From the NCBI GenBank assembly GCA_026395055.1, contig JAPLZK010000002.1:56940-120939 (forward strand): DNA of 64,000 bases, written 5' to 3'. The DNA is from Candidatus Uhrbacteria bacterium (GTDB lineage: Bacteria > Patescibacteriota > Patescibacteriia > UBA9934 > GWF2-40-263). The notes under the pieces were generated by a model. That model ran no database searches. It saw nothing but the letters and a program-made list of their open reading frames with translations, and was not told the DNA's origin. The position numbers were made by a program, and so were the translations under genes. Every line of letters starts with the position of its first letter. Position 1 is the stretch's first letter. Shown here piece by piece: positions 17,932-27,891 of this stretch.

Positions 17932-18624
17932 TTATTTGATCGAATATCGTTTCAGCCATTCGTACATGGGGCCAATGGTGAATCCGACGACGCCTGCCCA
18001 CAGGATTTCCTCGAGAGGAATGCCACCCAGAATAAATTTGGAGAGCGTTGTCCACTCCCAATAGTTTGTGGCGATATCTGGAAAGAGTCGAATGAAAAAC
18101 AGTTGTTCTACAAGGAATACGAGTGCGGCTGTCATGAGTCCGGAGAGGAGTGCGTCAACAAGGAGGTCGTTTCTACTTGCAATAATATACATGCCGACCA
18201 TAACGCCACCGAAGAGCATGGCTTGGATGGGAGCGATAGAAAAAATGGCAATGGCTCCAAGAGAAAGACAGATCCAGGATCCGAGCACGAGAATCAAATG
18301 TGCAATCCAATGTGCGGCCGGATTTTTTAAACGTAACCGGTCGCCTTTTATTTTATGAACATGCTTACCAAGGAGAACGTGATATATAATGGCAGCAATT
18401 CCGAAAACGGAAAATCCAAAGAGGAGATCTTCTATTCCAAACGTGAAGGGAAGATCTGGGACAACGGCATGATAACTTGATCCAGCAATAAGAAGTAAAG
18501 CGGGAGTTATGACAAGCCCAACAATGCTCATGATGACTTGTTCTTTTCGTGTTTCTTTTGAAACAAAAAACAGGATGAGCCAGATGATAAATAAAACGAG
18601 AGAGGGAAGAAGGAATGGAGGCAT
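17932..18624 (-). CDS. hypothetical polytopic membrane protein
   Basis: 230 aa with about six hydrophobic helices. Confidence 0.4.
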   Translation of the reverse strand: MPPFLLPSLVLFIIWLILFFVSKETRKEQVIMSIVGLVITPALLLIAGSSYHAVVPDLPFTFGIEDLLFGFSVFGIAAIIYHVLLGKHVHKIKGDRLRLKNPAAHWIAHLILVLGSWICLSLGAIAIFSIAPIQAMLFGGVMVGMYIIASRNDLLVDALLSGLMTAALVFLVEQLFFIRLFPDIATNYWEWTTLSKFILGGIPLEEILWAGVVGFTIGPMYEWLKRYSIK

Positions 18625-18732
18625 AGTAAATCTATTGTATCAGAGATGAGAAAAGTTATGCAGATCCATTGACATGGCGCGCAGTCGGCGTATGCTTTTC
18701 TTCTGCGTTCTTTTGCAGATAAAGAGTGTGTC

Positions 18733-19725
18733 ATGATTCAGCTTCATGTCGAGCCGAATACCTCAGCGATGAGTTGGGAGAAATTCCGTGCGACGAAGCC
18801 TGTATTTTCGATCGCACTTGATGGGTACGTGTATGGTGGTCCAAAGTTTCAGAAGCGCGTCGTGCTTCCTGTTTCCGGACCGGTTCGTGAGGGTGAGGCG
18901 CCGCTTCCGCCGATGGTGATCGGACCGTATGCGAACTTCAATCATCACGAAGAAGTTGATCGTCTTGCAACGCGCGCAACGTGTGCGCAAATTTTGATGG
19001 CGATTCGCCAAGGATTCTTTGATACGTTTCGAAACGGTTATAAAGACACAATTCATGTTTACGTGAATGATTGCGATCAAGATGTGTGCATGGCTGTCTT
19101 CTTGCTTCGACACGGAGCGATCTCAGGCACCGTTGTGAATCCCATTTTGAATCGGCTTGTCTTCATGGAGGATATGCTTGATACAACGGCGGGCGCATAT
19201 CCGTTCCCAATGGACATGGAGATTCTCCAAGAACTCGCATGGACATTCAAGCCCTACACAGACATTCGTTTGAGTGGCGGATTGAGTCGACGCAATGCAA
19301 ACGAGTTTGAATCGGTCATCGAACTTGTTGAAAAGCGAATTGAGAAAACGATTAATGGACGCGGTGAACGTGAGGAATTGCAAACCGATTACGACGTCAT
19401 TGGCGGCGGCTCTGGTTGGACAATGGTCGAAGAGAAAGGGGCGCAAGCACGTACGGCCATGTTCGGAAAAGGCATTCGTGCATTCGTTTCTGTGCGTGAG
19501 CGTGCAAACGGAAATTACGATTACTCGATCGGGCGCATGTCCACATTCGTTCCATTCGATATTCCTGGCATCCTTGCTGTGTTGAATGAAGCAGAGGGGT
19601 GTGGGGAAGATTGTTGGGGTGGTGCAGATACCATTGGCGGAAGTCCACGCATTGCAGGTAGTCGACTGACACCAAAAGAAGTAGAAAACATTATCAATTT
19701 TTATCTCACTCAGACTCGCCATTAG
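18733..19725 (+). CDS. hypothetical protein
   Basis: 330-aa ORF, no motif recognised. Confidence 0.4.
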   Translation: MIQLHVEPNTSAMSWEKFRATKPVFSIALDGYVYGGPKFQKRVVLPVSGPVREGEAPLPPMVIGPYANFNHHEEVDRLATRATCAQILMAIRQGFFDTFRNGYKDTIHVYVNDCDQDVCMAVFLLRHGAISGTVVNPILNRLVFMEDMLDTTAGAYPFPMDMEILQELAWTFKPYTDIRLSGGLSRRNANEFESVIELVEKRIEKTINGRGEREELQTDYDVIGGGSGWTMVEEKGAQARTAMFGKGIRAFVSVRERANGNYDYSIGRMSTFVPFDIPGILAVLNEAEGCGEDCWGGADTIGGSPRIAGSRLTPKEVENIINFYLTQTRH

Positions 19726-19771
19726 TGCGGGTCTTTTTTCTTTTTCGATTTAGTGCTTTACTACACGTACT

Positions 19772-20380
19772 ATGTTCACTGGAATCATCAAAGGAAAATT
19801 TCCCGTTGTTTCAATCACAGACCGTGAAGGGTTGCGGTCGTTTGTCGTCCAGTTTTCGCCAGAGTATGTCGAAGGCTTGTCGACGGGGGCATCTGTCGCG
19901 ATTGATGGTGTCTGTTTTACTGCGACGAAGATTGAAGCCGATCATGTTTCCTTCGACGCCATGGAAGAAACACTTCGCAAAACAACCATTGGTACATTAA
20001 AAGAAGGCGACAATGTGAACATCGAACGTTCGGCGCGCATGGGAGATGAGATTGGTGGACATGTGATGTCCGGACACGTTTCGGCCATGGCGGAAATTGT
20101 TGCGGTCAATGAATCGGAAAATAATAAAGCCGTGACATTTAAAGTAGATCCGCCGTGGATGAAATATATTTTCTCCAAAGGATTTATTTCTCTCGATGGC
20201 GCTTCCCTCACCGTCGTTGACGCAGATAAATCAAATGGAACATTTCAGGTGTGGTTTATTCCAGAAACGCTCAAGCTCACAAAGTTTGGAGAGAAGGGGA
20301 TTGGAGATTGCGTGAATCTTGAAATTGATCCGCAGTCGCAAGTGATTGTGGAGACCATTGAAACTATTTTGAAAAAATAA
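19772..20380 (+). CDS. ribE: riboflavin synthase alpha subunit
   Basis: MFTGIIKG N-terminus, duplicated lumazine-binding halves, GDNVNIERSARMGDEIGGHVMSGHV. Confidence 0.8.
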   Translation: MFTGIIKGKFPVVSITDREGLRSFVVQFSPEYVEGLSTGASVAIDGVCFTATKIEADHVSFDAMEETLRKTTIGTLKEGDNVNIERSARMGDEIGGHVMSGHVSAMAEIVAVNESENNKAVTFKVDPPWMKYIFSKGFISLDGASLTVVDADKSNGTFQVWFIPETLKLTKFGEKGIGDCVNLEIDPQSQVIVETIETILKK

Positions 20381-20389
20381 TTTTCATCT

Positions 20390-20791
20390 ATGCCAAAAAA
20401 CATTGCCCTCGTCCTTGGATCATTTCACAAAAAAGAAGCAGACGATATGTTGGTCGTTGCACATGCGGCAGCCCTCGAGAATGATTTGCATGTGAAAGAA
20501 ATTGTGTGGGTTCCAGGTTCTATGGAAGCACCACTCGCGTTGAAACGTTTGTTACTTCGTGAGGATATTGATGGCGCGGTAGCTCTTGGAATCATCGAAC
20601 GCGGAGAAACAAAACATGGACTTGTGATGGGGGAAGTTGTGTATGACGCGATCATTCGTTTGCAACTTGAGTTCATGAAACCAATTGGATTTGGAATTCT
20701 TGGACCAGAAATTTTGCCAGAACAAATCGAGAAACGTGTGAAGCCTTATGCGCGCGCTGCGGTAGAGGCACTCGCAAAGATGTTGGTGTAA
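20390..20791 (+). CDS. ribH: 6,7-dimethyl-8-ribityllumazine synthase family protein
   Basis: IALVLGSFH, VWVPGSMEAP, ALGIIERGETKH align to lumazine synthase motifs. Confidence 0.55.
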   Translation: MPKNIALVLGSFHKKEADDMLVVAHAAALENDLHVKEIVWVPGSMEAPLALKRLLLREDIDGAVALGIIERGETKHGLVMGEVVYDAIIRLQLEFMKPIGFGILGPEILPEQIEKRVKPYARAAVEALAKMLV

Positions 20792-20897
20792 CCATTGACA
20801 AAATCACAAAAAGTCGATACGCTCGCGGAAGTTCTTTTCGCGAGTGTTTTGTTTTCGAAGGTCGAAGATGAATCGATCGCACTTCTGAGAGGCAAAG

Positions 20898-21959
20898 ATG
20901 CACGCAGGCATGACGGTCAATGGATTGACAATCGGTGTTCATCGACCACGGAAAGATCCACGTCGCGGACGTGTACTTGCCGCGAGAGCACCACAAGGTG
21001 TGCATAACATTGCGGACTACAAAGATATGCCGCAAGGTTGGCCGCGTGCGCAAGGTCCAAACGAGTTGTCGTGTTTTGTGGGGGTCACAGATGAACATGA
21101 GATGTGGTTTGATGTGCGTCCGCTGAATCAGCATTCGCATTACGCTGCTGTGGTCGTGATCGTTCAGCGCGTGAATGCGCTGACCGCTCGCACAGCGGAT
21201 CACGTCTATCTCGAGAAATACGTAGACACGTGTCCGAAGCATGAGACTCTATTCGAGGCAGAACGCTTTTGCCCGGAATGCAAGTTCAAGTGGCCGGCAC
21301 AAAACTACATCACCAATGCGGGCGGTGCAGATTCGGAGAGGCAGTTCTGGCTTGATGGTTGGCGTAGCCAAGACGGTGAGATTCGCCAGTTCGTCTTTGC
21401 GGACGTGGAAAAGGGTCTTGGCGTTGCACAGCAGTTGATTGGCGAAGAGCGCACGGCGGACATTCGCTTCGCGATATTCCTTTCGAAGGAACCGAAGCCT
21501 GTTCCGCCGCGCTTGCAAGCTGCACGTCGTGGCGGGGGAGATATTGTCGATTGTTATTTGGGTGACAATACGAAGGGTGGCGGCTTTTTGGGTCACGCTC
21601 TGAATAGTCCCGTGTTCGGCGCAAAGGTTGATTCAAGCTCGCAAACGCGTTCCTTGAACATGATGGCGACGCTTGGTGCTTCCAGTTTGGGTGATGAGGA
21701 CGCGTCGTTCTTGCAAGGAAACGATCCAAGGACGATCGGTGCTCCGGTGAAGCAGGAGGTTTCCTTTGGTCGCGCGGTGGACCAGAAGATTCATCCGGAT
21801 CCGCATGACATTGGCTTCTGGCAGGACGAACCCGCTGCGGTCATCATGCTCACGCCAGCACCTGCGGCTTGGGTTGAGACCGTGACGCGCAATGGCGCGA
21901 CGGTTGATCGCACGCTTGGCGGTATGGGGCCGCTCGCGGGATTGAAGGGCGTTGGCTAA
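20898..21959 (+). CDS. hypothetical protein with CxxC...CPEC zinc-ribbon-like motif
   Basis: 353 aa; AGAGG SD; GC-rich codon usage; terminator 21972-21997 downstream. Confidence 0.4.
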   Translation: MHAGMTVNGLTIGVHRPRKDPRRGRVLAARAPQGVHNIADYKDMPQGWPRAQGPNELSCFVGVTDEHEMWFDVRPLNQHSHYAAVVVIVQRVNALTARTADHVYLEKYVDTCPKHETLFEAERFCPECKFKWPAQNYITNAGGADSERQFWLDGWRSQDGEIRQFVFADVEKGLGVAQQLIGEERTADIRFAIFLSKEPKPVPPRLQAARRGGGDIVDCYLGDNTKGGGFLGHALNSPVFGAKVDSSSQTRSLNMMATLGASSLGDEDASFLQGNDPRTIGAPVKQEVSFGRAVDQKIHPDPHDIGFWQDEPAAVIMLTPAPAAWVETVTRNGATVDRTLGGMGPLAGLKGVG

Positions 21960-22047
21960 GACGGGACTCTTGAAAGCTGAAAGGCTTTCTTTTTTTTGGA
22001 GGGGCAAGGGATTAGTAGCTAACTGGCTTACTAACCCCTAACCCCTC

Positions 22048-22084
22048 TTGACGTTTCTTTAGTATGTGTATAACCTACACTTAG
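22048..22084 (+). promoter_or_regulatory. promoter/operator block copy 1 (TTGACG-N17-TAACCT with embedded GTGTA..TACAC inverted repeat)
   Basis: TTTAGTATGTGTATAACCTACACTTAGT near-identical to 23671-23698. Confidence 0.5.
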
Positions 22085-22270
22085 TGGCACATGTCGCCCG
22101 GAAAACGGACGGGAAACGCTTGACATAATCCGGATCCGCGACTAGGGTGCTGTATTGTTCTTTCTTGCTGGCGAATGGCTTTGAGAAGATTCTGTGAATC
22201 TTTTGAAAGCCGTTCGTCATCAGGGTGTTCCTGAAGTTGCCGTGCGGTGGTTCTCACAAGGAGTATTTCC

Positions 22271-23614
22271 ATGCCCGCCAAGCCCAAGGCACCCGTTGCC
22301 GCTACTGCCGAATCCGGCGCCACTGTTCCCCCCGCGAGTCCGAAGTGGACGGCGCTCGTCGAAAAGTTTGCGGCCTCGACCGGTCTCGGTATCGAAGTCG
22401 TTGGCCCTCGTTTCAAGACGCTCACTGGCACGGACGACGACGCTGGTGTGGAGTTGCTCGAGAACGCGGCAGACACGCCCGACCAGGAATTGAAGACGTT
22501 GTTCGCGGCTGATGGTGTCGCTTCGGCGCGCCTGAATCGCGCGATTCGCGAGATGCGTTTGGTTGCAGCTCCTGTCGTCCCCGTCGCTCCGGCGCCTGGT
22601 CCGTCCGCGGCCGTTCCGAACGTTGGTTCGACTCCGATTCTGCTGACGCAGGCTCCGGGGGACGATGATCTTCTCCGCGCGTTGCGGATTGGCGGTCGTC
22701 CCGAATTCGAAGCGGCCAACTTGGCTGCGGTCATTCGCGCGGCTGTCGCGGCGAAGAACGGATTGTATGGGTTGCCGAAGCGCTTGCAGGAGGCGATTCA
22801 CGAGACGGCTCGTCGTACCAAGAAGCCTGCCCCCGCTGTGCTCGTCGAAATTCGTCGCGAGCTTGCTCGGCGCAGTGATCAGGCCGCGTTGTTCGCCGAT
22901 CTGATGCCCGGTCAGGATGGTGCGAACTACGTCACGGCCGAAGACAAGGTCCAGACCATCAAGGATCTCGACAAGGTTTGGCCGGCGTTCATGCAATTTC
23001 AGCAGCAGCTTCGTGGTTTCCGCGATGAAGCGGTGAACGTTGCCATGACGGCAGGGATGATGGGCATGCAAGGCATGAACATGGGTCTCGCTGCCGCGGG
23101 TCTCACCCCGGAAATGCTGGTTGGTACCAGTTTGGATGCCCAACCGTACGTAGACGCGAGTGAAGGGATCATCAATGCCCTGAACGAGGTCTTCGCGGAC
23201 ATGGGTTTGTACGCTTCGCGCGTGCTTGCCGTGGAAGCGCATCGGTTGACGCAAATCGTGCAGAAGGACGAATTGATCGCTGCCGTTGGCGCGACCAATC
23301 GCGAAGAGATGTTGCTGACGCTGAAGATCGGCATGACGTCCGACGTCATCCGTGCGCAGCAGAACCTGGTGACGTGGGTCGTGAACGTGATCGATCTGCC
23401 GAACAAGGATGCTATGAGTTTGCGCGGCGTGCTTCTCACGTTGTTCCAGCTCGGTGAGCAGATTCCGTGGGAAAAGCTCAGCAATGGCGCGGTCAGCTTG
23501 CCGCGGCAGTCGATGGGCAATGGCGCGAGCCGCCCCTCAATGGACGGCCGTCCGCTCCCCGGCCAAAAGCAGCCCGGCAACACGGCGTTCAGCAGCAACA
23601 ACGGCCGCGACTAG
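22271..23614 (+). CDS. hypothetical Ala/Pro-rich protein
   Basis: AAGGAG SD; 447 aa; terminator 23628-23656 downstream. Confidence 0.45.
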   Translation: MPAKPKAPVAATAESGATVPPASPKWTALVEKFAASTGLGIEVVGPRFKTLTGTDDDAGVELLENAADTPDQELKTLFAADGVASARLNRAIREMRLVAAPVVPVAPAPGPSAAVPNVGSTPILLTQAPGDDDLLRALRIGGRPEFEAANLAAVIRAAVAAKNGLYGLPKRLQEAIHETARRTKKPAPAVLVEIRRELARRSDQAALFADLMPGQDGANYVTAEDKVQTIKDLDKVWPAFMQFQQQLRGFRDEAVNVAMTAGMMGMQGMNMGLAAAGLTPEMLVGTSLDAQPYVDASEGIINALNEVFADMGLYASRVLAVEAHRLTQIVQKDELIAAVGATNREEMLLTLKIGMTSDVIRAQQNLVTWVVNVIDLPNKDAMSLRGVLLTLFQLGEQIPWEKLSNGAVSLPRQSMGNGASRPSMDGRPLPGQKQPGNTAFSSNNGRD

Positions 23615-23660
23615 AAGCCCTTTCCTCAGAACGTCCCAAAAAGACGTTCTTTTTTGTTGC

Positions 23661-23698
23661 TTGACAAGAGTTTAGTATGTGTATAATCTACACTTAGT
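23661..23698 (+). promoter_or_regulatory. promoter/operator block copy 2 (TTGACA-N17-TAATCT)
   Basis: TTGACAAGAGTTTAGTATGTGTATAATCTACACTTAGT; inverted repeat GTGTA/TACAC spans the -10. Confidence 0.55.
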
Positions 23699-23893
23699 AA
23701 CGCATTTCATTACCTTCCCCTTGCGAAGGGGGAGCATGAGGGGGTCTGTGGCTAAAAGCCTTGACATTCCGCTGTTATTTCCTTAAGGTTCGCCCTTGTT
23801 TTTCTTCCGGAATCGAACAATGTGTCCGCTTCGGGAAGGGAAACAAACACAAGGTTTGTCTCGCGCGTCCTTTTCACAACAGAGGGATCATCC

Positions 23894-25537
23894 ATGCACA
23901 CTTTGCCAGACGTTCGTACGCTTCCGCTTCCGTCCAAATTCCTTGTCGCGCTTCAGAAACTGATTCTTCGCACGCTTGAGATCTCTGGGTCAAAGATGGG
24001 GAATCAACTCGTCGAAGCGATTTTTGGAAAAACCATCACGTTTGGTCAACTCCAGATTCCTTCTATGCAAGATTGTGTTGAAGCGATTCGGGGCGAAGGT
24101 ATGACGCGTCCAAACATTCGCATTCGTGAACTCGTAGATCTCTTTGGAGCGATCAACCCAACAACGCCTGTGTGCGATGAGTGTGGTGAGTTTGCCATCA
24201 ATCAGATCGGTGGAAAGTTCATGGAACTTCAGCCCGACGAACTCTGTCCGTTTTGTTTGCAGGGCCACGTCAAGATCGAACCGATGATTCTGCGTACGGT
24301 GAACTGGGCAACTGGTGAACTCGTTGTGCCGAACATTGATTACGATTCACACTCGCGCATTGGTCTCGGCATTCCGCTGACTGATGAAGCGATTGTGAAG
24401 TGGGCGGATGGAATCAATATGGATTTGGATGCCGCACTCGTTGCGGCAAAGATTTCCATTCACGGGTTCCTTGCGTACCTGTATCTGCGTCAGCATGCAT
24501 TCGCACAGCTCGAAGACGTTCCGAAATTTCTGTTGAGTCCACGTGGATTCGATACGAAGTATTCGGAAGAGACACTCGATCGTCTCATACGTGAGGCATC
24601 GCAATTTCTGGATGTGCGTGAGATCACAAATCTTCCGCACAAGAAATTTCTTCCTGATGGTCGTCGTCGCGATGAGTTTACCTCGATCACAATCGGTGGT
24701 CGCGCGTATCTCATCGATGGCAAGATTGGTGAAGGAGATAAGTGCGATGTGTACGCTGGTCGATGGGATCACGAGCCGACGGAGCGTGTCGTCGTAAAGA
24801 TTGCACGCGTTGGCGTGAGTGATGATCGACTGCGTGCGGAGCGCACAAATCTTGAGTTGCTCGCGAAGAGTGATGCGCAAGGCGTGGAATTTTTTCGCCA
24901 ACTGCTTCCGGAAATCATTTCGTTCGGCAGCGTACAAGATCCAAACGGGCAATCACGCTCGTGTGTGGTCTATCGCGATCGAAACGGATTTGATTGGACC
25001 CTCGCTGACGTGATGCGTGCGTACCCACAAGGAGTGGAGCCACAGACGATGGTCTGGATGTTCAATCGAACACTCATGTTGCTTGCGTGGATGCATGAAC
25101 ATGACATTGTGCACGGTGCTCTCACACCTGGGCACATGCTCATTCATCCGAAGTATCACGGACTCATGTTTCTTGACCTCGCGTATGCGGGTCGAATCGG
25201 ACAGCCGCTTCCGGATGTCGAACCTTCACACGTGCTCTATCGTCCAAGTGCATCGCTTACCAACAATGTCTTTCACCCAATGATGGACATCTGTATGGCA
25301 GCGCGATGCATGATTGTGGTCATGGGAGGAAACCTCGAGCAAAAAACGATTCCGACAACTGTGCCGGATCCGCTCGCGGCGCTCTTGTCCAACCTCGCAT
25401 TTCCGGATGATAGCCATTTGTGGGGTTCGCGTTTTGCCAAGTTGGCCGATCAAGTCAAAGCAAGCTTTGGCGCGATTGCGGAAACGGTTTACGGCCCGAG
25501 GAAGTATCACGCATTTGAAATGCCACCCGTGGCATAG
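23894..25537 (+). CDS. zinc-ribbon + protein-kinase-like domain protein
   Basis: N-terminal CDECGEF...CPFC; C-terminal kinase-like IGEGDKCDVYAG, VVVKIARV, HDIVHGALTPGHMLI, FLDLAYAG (atypical catalytic loop, possibly pseudokinase). Confidence 0.5.
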   Translation: MHTLPDVRTLPLPSKFLVALQKLILRTLEISGSKMGNQLVEAIFGKTITFGQLQIPSMQDCVEAIRGEGMTRPNIRIRELVDLFGAINPTTPVCDECGEFAINQIGGKFMELQPDELCPFCLQGHVKIEPMILRTVNWATGELVVPNIDYDSHSRIGLGIPLTDEAIVKWADGINMDLDAALVAAKISIHGFLAYLYLRQHAFAQLEDVPKFLLSPRGFDTKYSEETLDRLIREASQFLDVREITNLPHKKFLPDGRRRDEFTSITIGGRAYLIDGKIGEGDKCDVYAGRWDHEPTERVVVKIARVGVSDDRLRAERTNLELLAKSDAQGVEFFRQLLPEIISFGSVQDPNGQSRSCVVYRDRNGFDWTLADVMRAYPQGVEPQTMVWMFNRTLMLLAWMHEHDIVHGALTPGHMLIHPKYHGLMFLDLAYAGRIGQPLPDVEPSHVLYRPSASLTNNVFHPMMDICMAARCMIVVMGGNLEQKTIPTTVPDPLAALLSNLAFPDDSHLWGSRFAKLADQVKASFGAIAETVYGPRKYHAFEMPPVA

Positions 25538-25688
25538 CTCTTCGTAGAGGAGGGGATTTACTTCTCCTCTACGAAATCTTTTTCCTGACTTGAAACGTGT
25601 ACACAAAATTTGTGCACGCATTTCAGATCATGAATCTGAATCGAACAAAGGGTTCGAGGAACGTTCTTCACAACACAGGAGTCAGCAC

Positions 25689-26636
25689 ATGGGTGGCGGA
25701 TTTTACGATTACCGTGCACACGAAGCAACAACGGTTGCGCGTGCAGCCAAACCCATTCAAGTGGTGTTTTCACAAACGGCGTGTCATCCGCTCATGGATC
25801 CGAAAGGATTGCGTGTGCGTGAATCACGTGACAGTTTGGAACATCCAAACTCGCGTGCGATTCTCTTTGGAGTCGATGTGACGAAGTCGATGGGGCCAAT
25901 CCCAGAAGGGTTGGCAAAGCGAACATTGCCGCAATTCATGCGCGCCGTGCTCCGCGTCATTCCGCATCCGCAGATTTGTTTTGTTGGCATCGGTGACGCA
26001 CTCGATGGGGATCGCGCTCCGCTTCAAGTGGGTGAGTTCGAAAGTTCGCACGCGCTTATTGATGCGAGTCTTACGCGTCTGTACATCGAAGGTGGTGGTG
26101 GATCCATCGGAAGTGAGTCTTATGAGAACATGTTTTATCTGGCTGCACGTCATACGTCGATTGACTGTTGGGAGAAGCGTCGCGAAAAGGGGTATCTCTT
26201 TTTGACTGGCGATGAAACTCCGTATCCAAACGTGATTGCCTCCACGATCAATCGATTGATTGGTCCAGGAACGCTGACCGCAAACATTCCCATCGAAGCA
26301 ATCATTGCAGAAGCAAGTGTGAAATATCATCCGTTCTTTTTTATTCCAGACCAAGGTCGCTCACTCACGATTGAACGTTCGTGGCGCAACAAGCTTGGGG
26401 ATGCAGTGATCGTTCTTCAAAATCCGGAAGATACGTCCGTTGCGGCCGCGATCTTGATTGGCCTCTGCGAAGGCGTTTATCAACATCTCGACGACGTGCG
26501 TCAGGCACTTGCAACGGAGTTTGATCGAAAGGGCGATGCGTTGTATCGCGTTGTTTCATCTGTTGAAGCATACGCCGCATCCATTGGACTTGGTGGCGCG
26601 CGCCGTCCGGTTTTGTCGCAAGGTGTGCGGTGGTGA
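25689..26636 (+). CDS. vWA-domain protein, paralog 1
   Basis: MIDAS-like LFGVDVTKSM (DxTxS), second acidic cluster FLTGDETP; paralogous to 26820-27794. Confidence 0.5.
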   Translation: MGGGFYDYRAHEATTVARAAKPIQVVFSQTACHPLMDPKGLRVRESRDSLEHPNSRAILFGVDVTKSMGPIPEGLAKRTLPQFMRAVLRVIPHPQICFVGIGDALDGDRAPLQVGEFESSHALIDASLTRLYIEGGGGSIGSESYENMFYLAARHTSIDCWEKRREKGYLFLTGDETPYPNVIASTINRLIGPGTLTANIPIEAIIAEASVKYHPFFFIPDQGRSLTIERSWRNKLGDAVIVLQNPEDTSVAAAILIGLCEGVYQHLDDVRQALATEFDRKGDALYRVVSSVEAYAASIGLGGARRPVLSQGVRW

Positions 26637-26819
26637 TTCCAATTTCTTTGTAGGGGAGGGTGACTATTCTCCCCTACACCATTTTTTCCTGAACTGAAAT
26701 ATCTATTCGATCATCGAATGTATATTCCAGGTCATGAATCTGGTTCTGTTATCGAGGGTTCGATTCCAGAAGTGTCTCATATTCCGATTTCGATCGGAAG
26801 TACACAAGGTAGGTGTCTC

Positions 26820-27794
26820 ATGGGCAGTGGTGGTTGGGATCATAGCGCTTCAACGGCGCGTTCACAGACGCGTTCGGCGCGTTCTGTTCAAGAAACGGTG
26901 TTGCAGGATTTTACGCAGACGCGTGAAAGCCGAATCCATCCGGGGATGCATCCGAATGGGCTCGTGTTTCGCGAGTCGCGTGACAGTGTGGAACATCCGA
27001 AGTCTCGTGCAATCATCGGTTCGCTCGACATCACGCAGTCGATGCAGGGGCTTCCGCCGCTGCTCGCGCGTGAGACGTTGCCGCAACTGATGGCAGGCGT
27101 TTTGCCGATTTTGCCGGATGCACAACTGTGCTTCATGGCGTTCGGTGATGCGGATGATGGACACAACTATCAAGGACCGTGGCAGGTTGGTCAGTTCGAG
27201 AGCTCGGATGAGCTTGCGGACGCGTGGCTGACGCGCATCTGGTTGCAAGGGAGTGCTGGTTCGTCTCCGTGCGAATCCGCGGACCTCATCTTGTACACGG
27301 CGGCTCGGCTCACGCGCATCGATTGTCACGAGAAGCGTGGCGAGAAAGGTTATCTGTTCATTCTGACCGATGACACGTGCCGCGACTACGTTTGTGCGGC
27401 AACGGTGAACAAGTGGCTTGGTCGTCAGGAACTCGATGAGAACGTCTCGATCGAGGCGATCATTCAGGAAGCTGCTGAAAAGTACCACATCTTCGTGTTG
27501 ATCCCGGATCAGGCGCGTGCGGTGCAGATGCGTGGCGGCGAGCGCGTCATCGATCACTATCGTCGTCGTATCGGCAACGGGGCGATTGCGCTTGGTGGGT
27601 ACCAGGACACGTCCATCGTTGCGGCCATGCTCATCGGCCTCACCGAAGGCGCGTACAACATGTCGAACGTCGACCATGAGTTGCGCACGCGGTACGGCAA
27701 GTCGGGTGACGAGCTGAATCGGTTGCTCATGATCCTGCGTCCGTACGCGGAATCCCTGCCGAAGACGCCGCTCATCGTGGATCTGCCCGTCTGA
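26820..27794 (+). CDS. vWA-domain protein, paralog 2, with C-terminal TPLIVDLPV tail
   Basis: IGSLDITQSM MIDAS-like motif; start aligned to paralog 1 (MGSGG/MGGG); terminal PLIVDLPV. Confidence 0.5.
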   Translation: MGSGGWDHSASTARSQTRSARSVQETVLQDFTQTRESRIHPGMHPNGLVFRESRDSVEHPKSRAIIGSLDITQSMQGLPPLLARETLPQLMAGVLPILPDAQLCFMAFGDADDGHNYQGPWQVGQFESSDELADAWLTRIWLQGSAGSSPCESADLILYTAARLTRIDCHEKRGEKGYLFILTDDTCRDYVCAATVNKWLGRQELDENVSIEAIIQEAAEKYHIFVLIPDQARAVQMRGGERVIDHYRRRIGNGAIALGGYQDTSIVAAMLIGLTEGAYNMSNVDHELRTRYGKSGDELNRLLMILRPYAESLPKTPLIVDLPV

Positions 27795-27891
27795 GTTCTT
27801 TCTTCTGAGGTTCAACGGGAACCTCCTTTTTTACAAGTGATGATCACAGGGATGATTGCTTCTAGAAAAGTTCTAGCTTCGGAGGAGTCCT

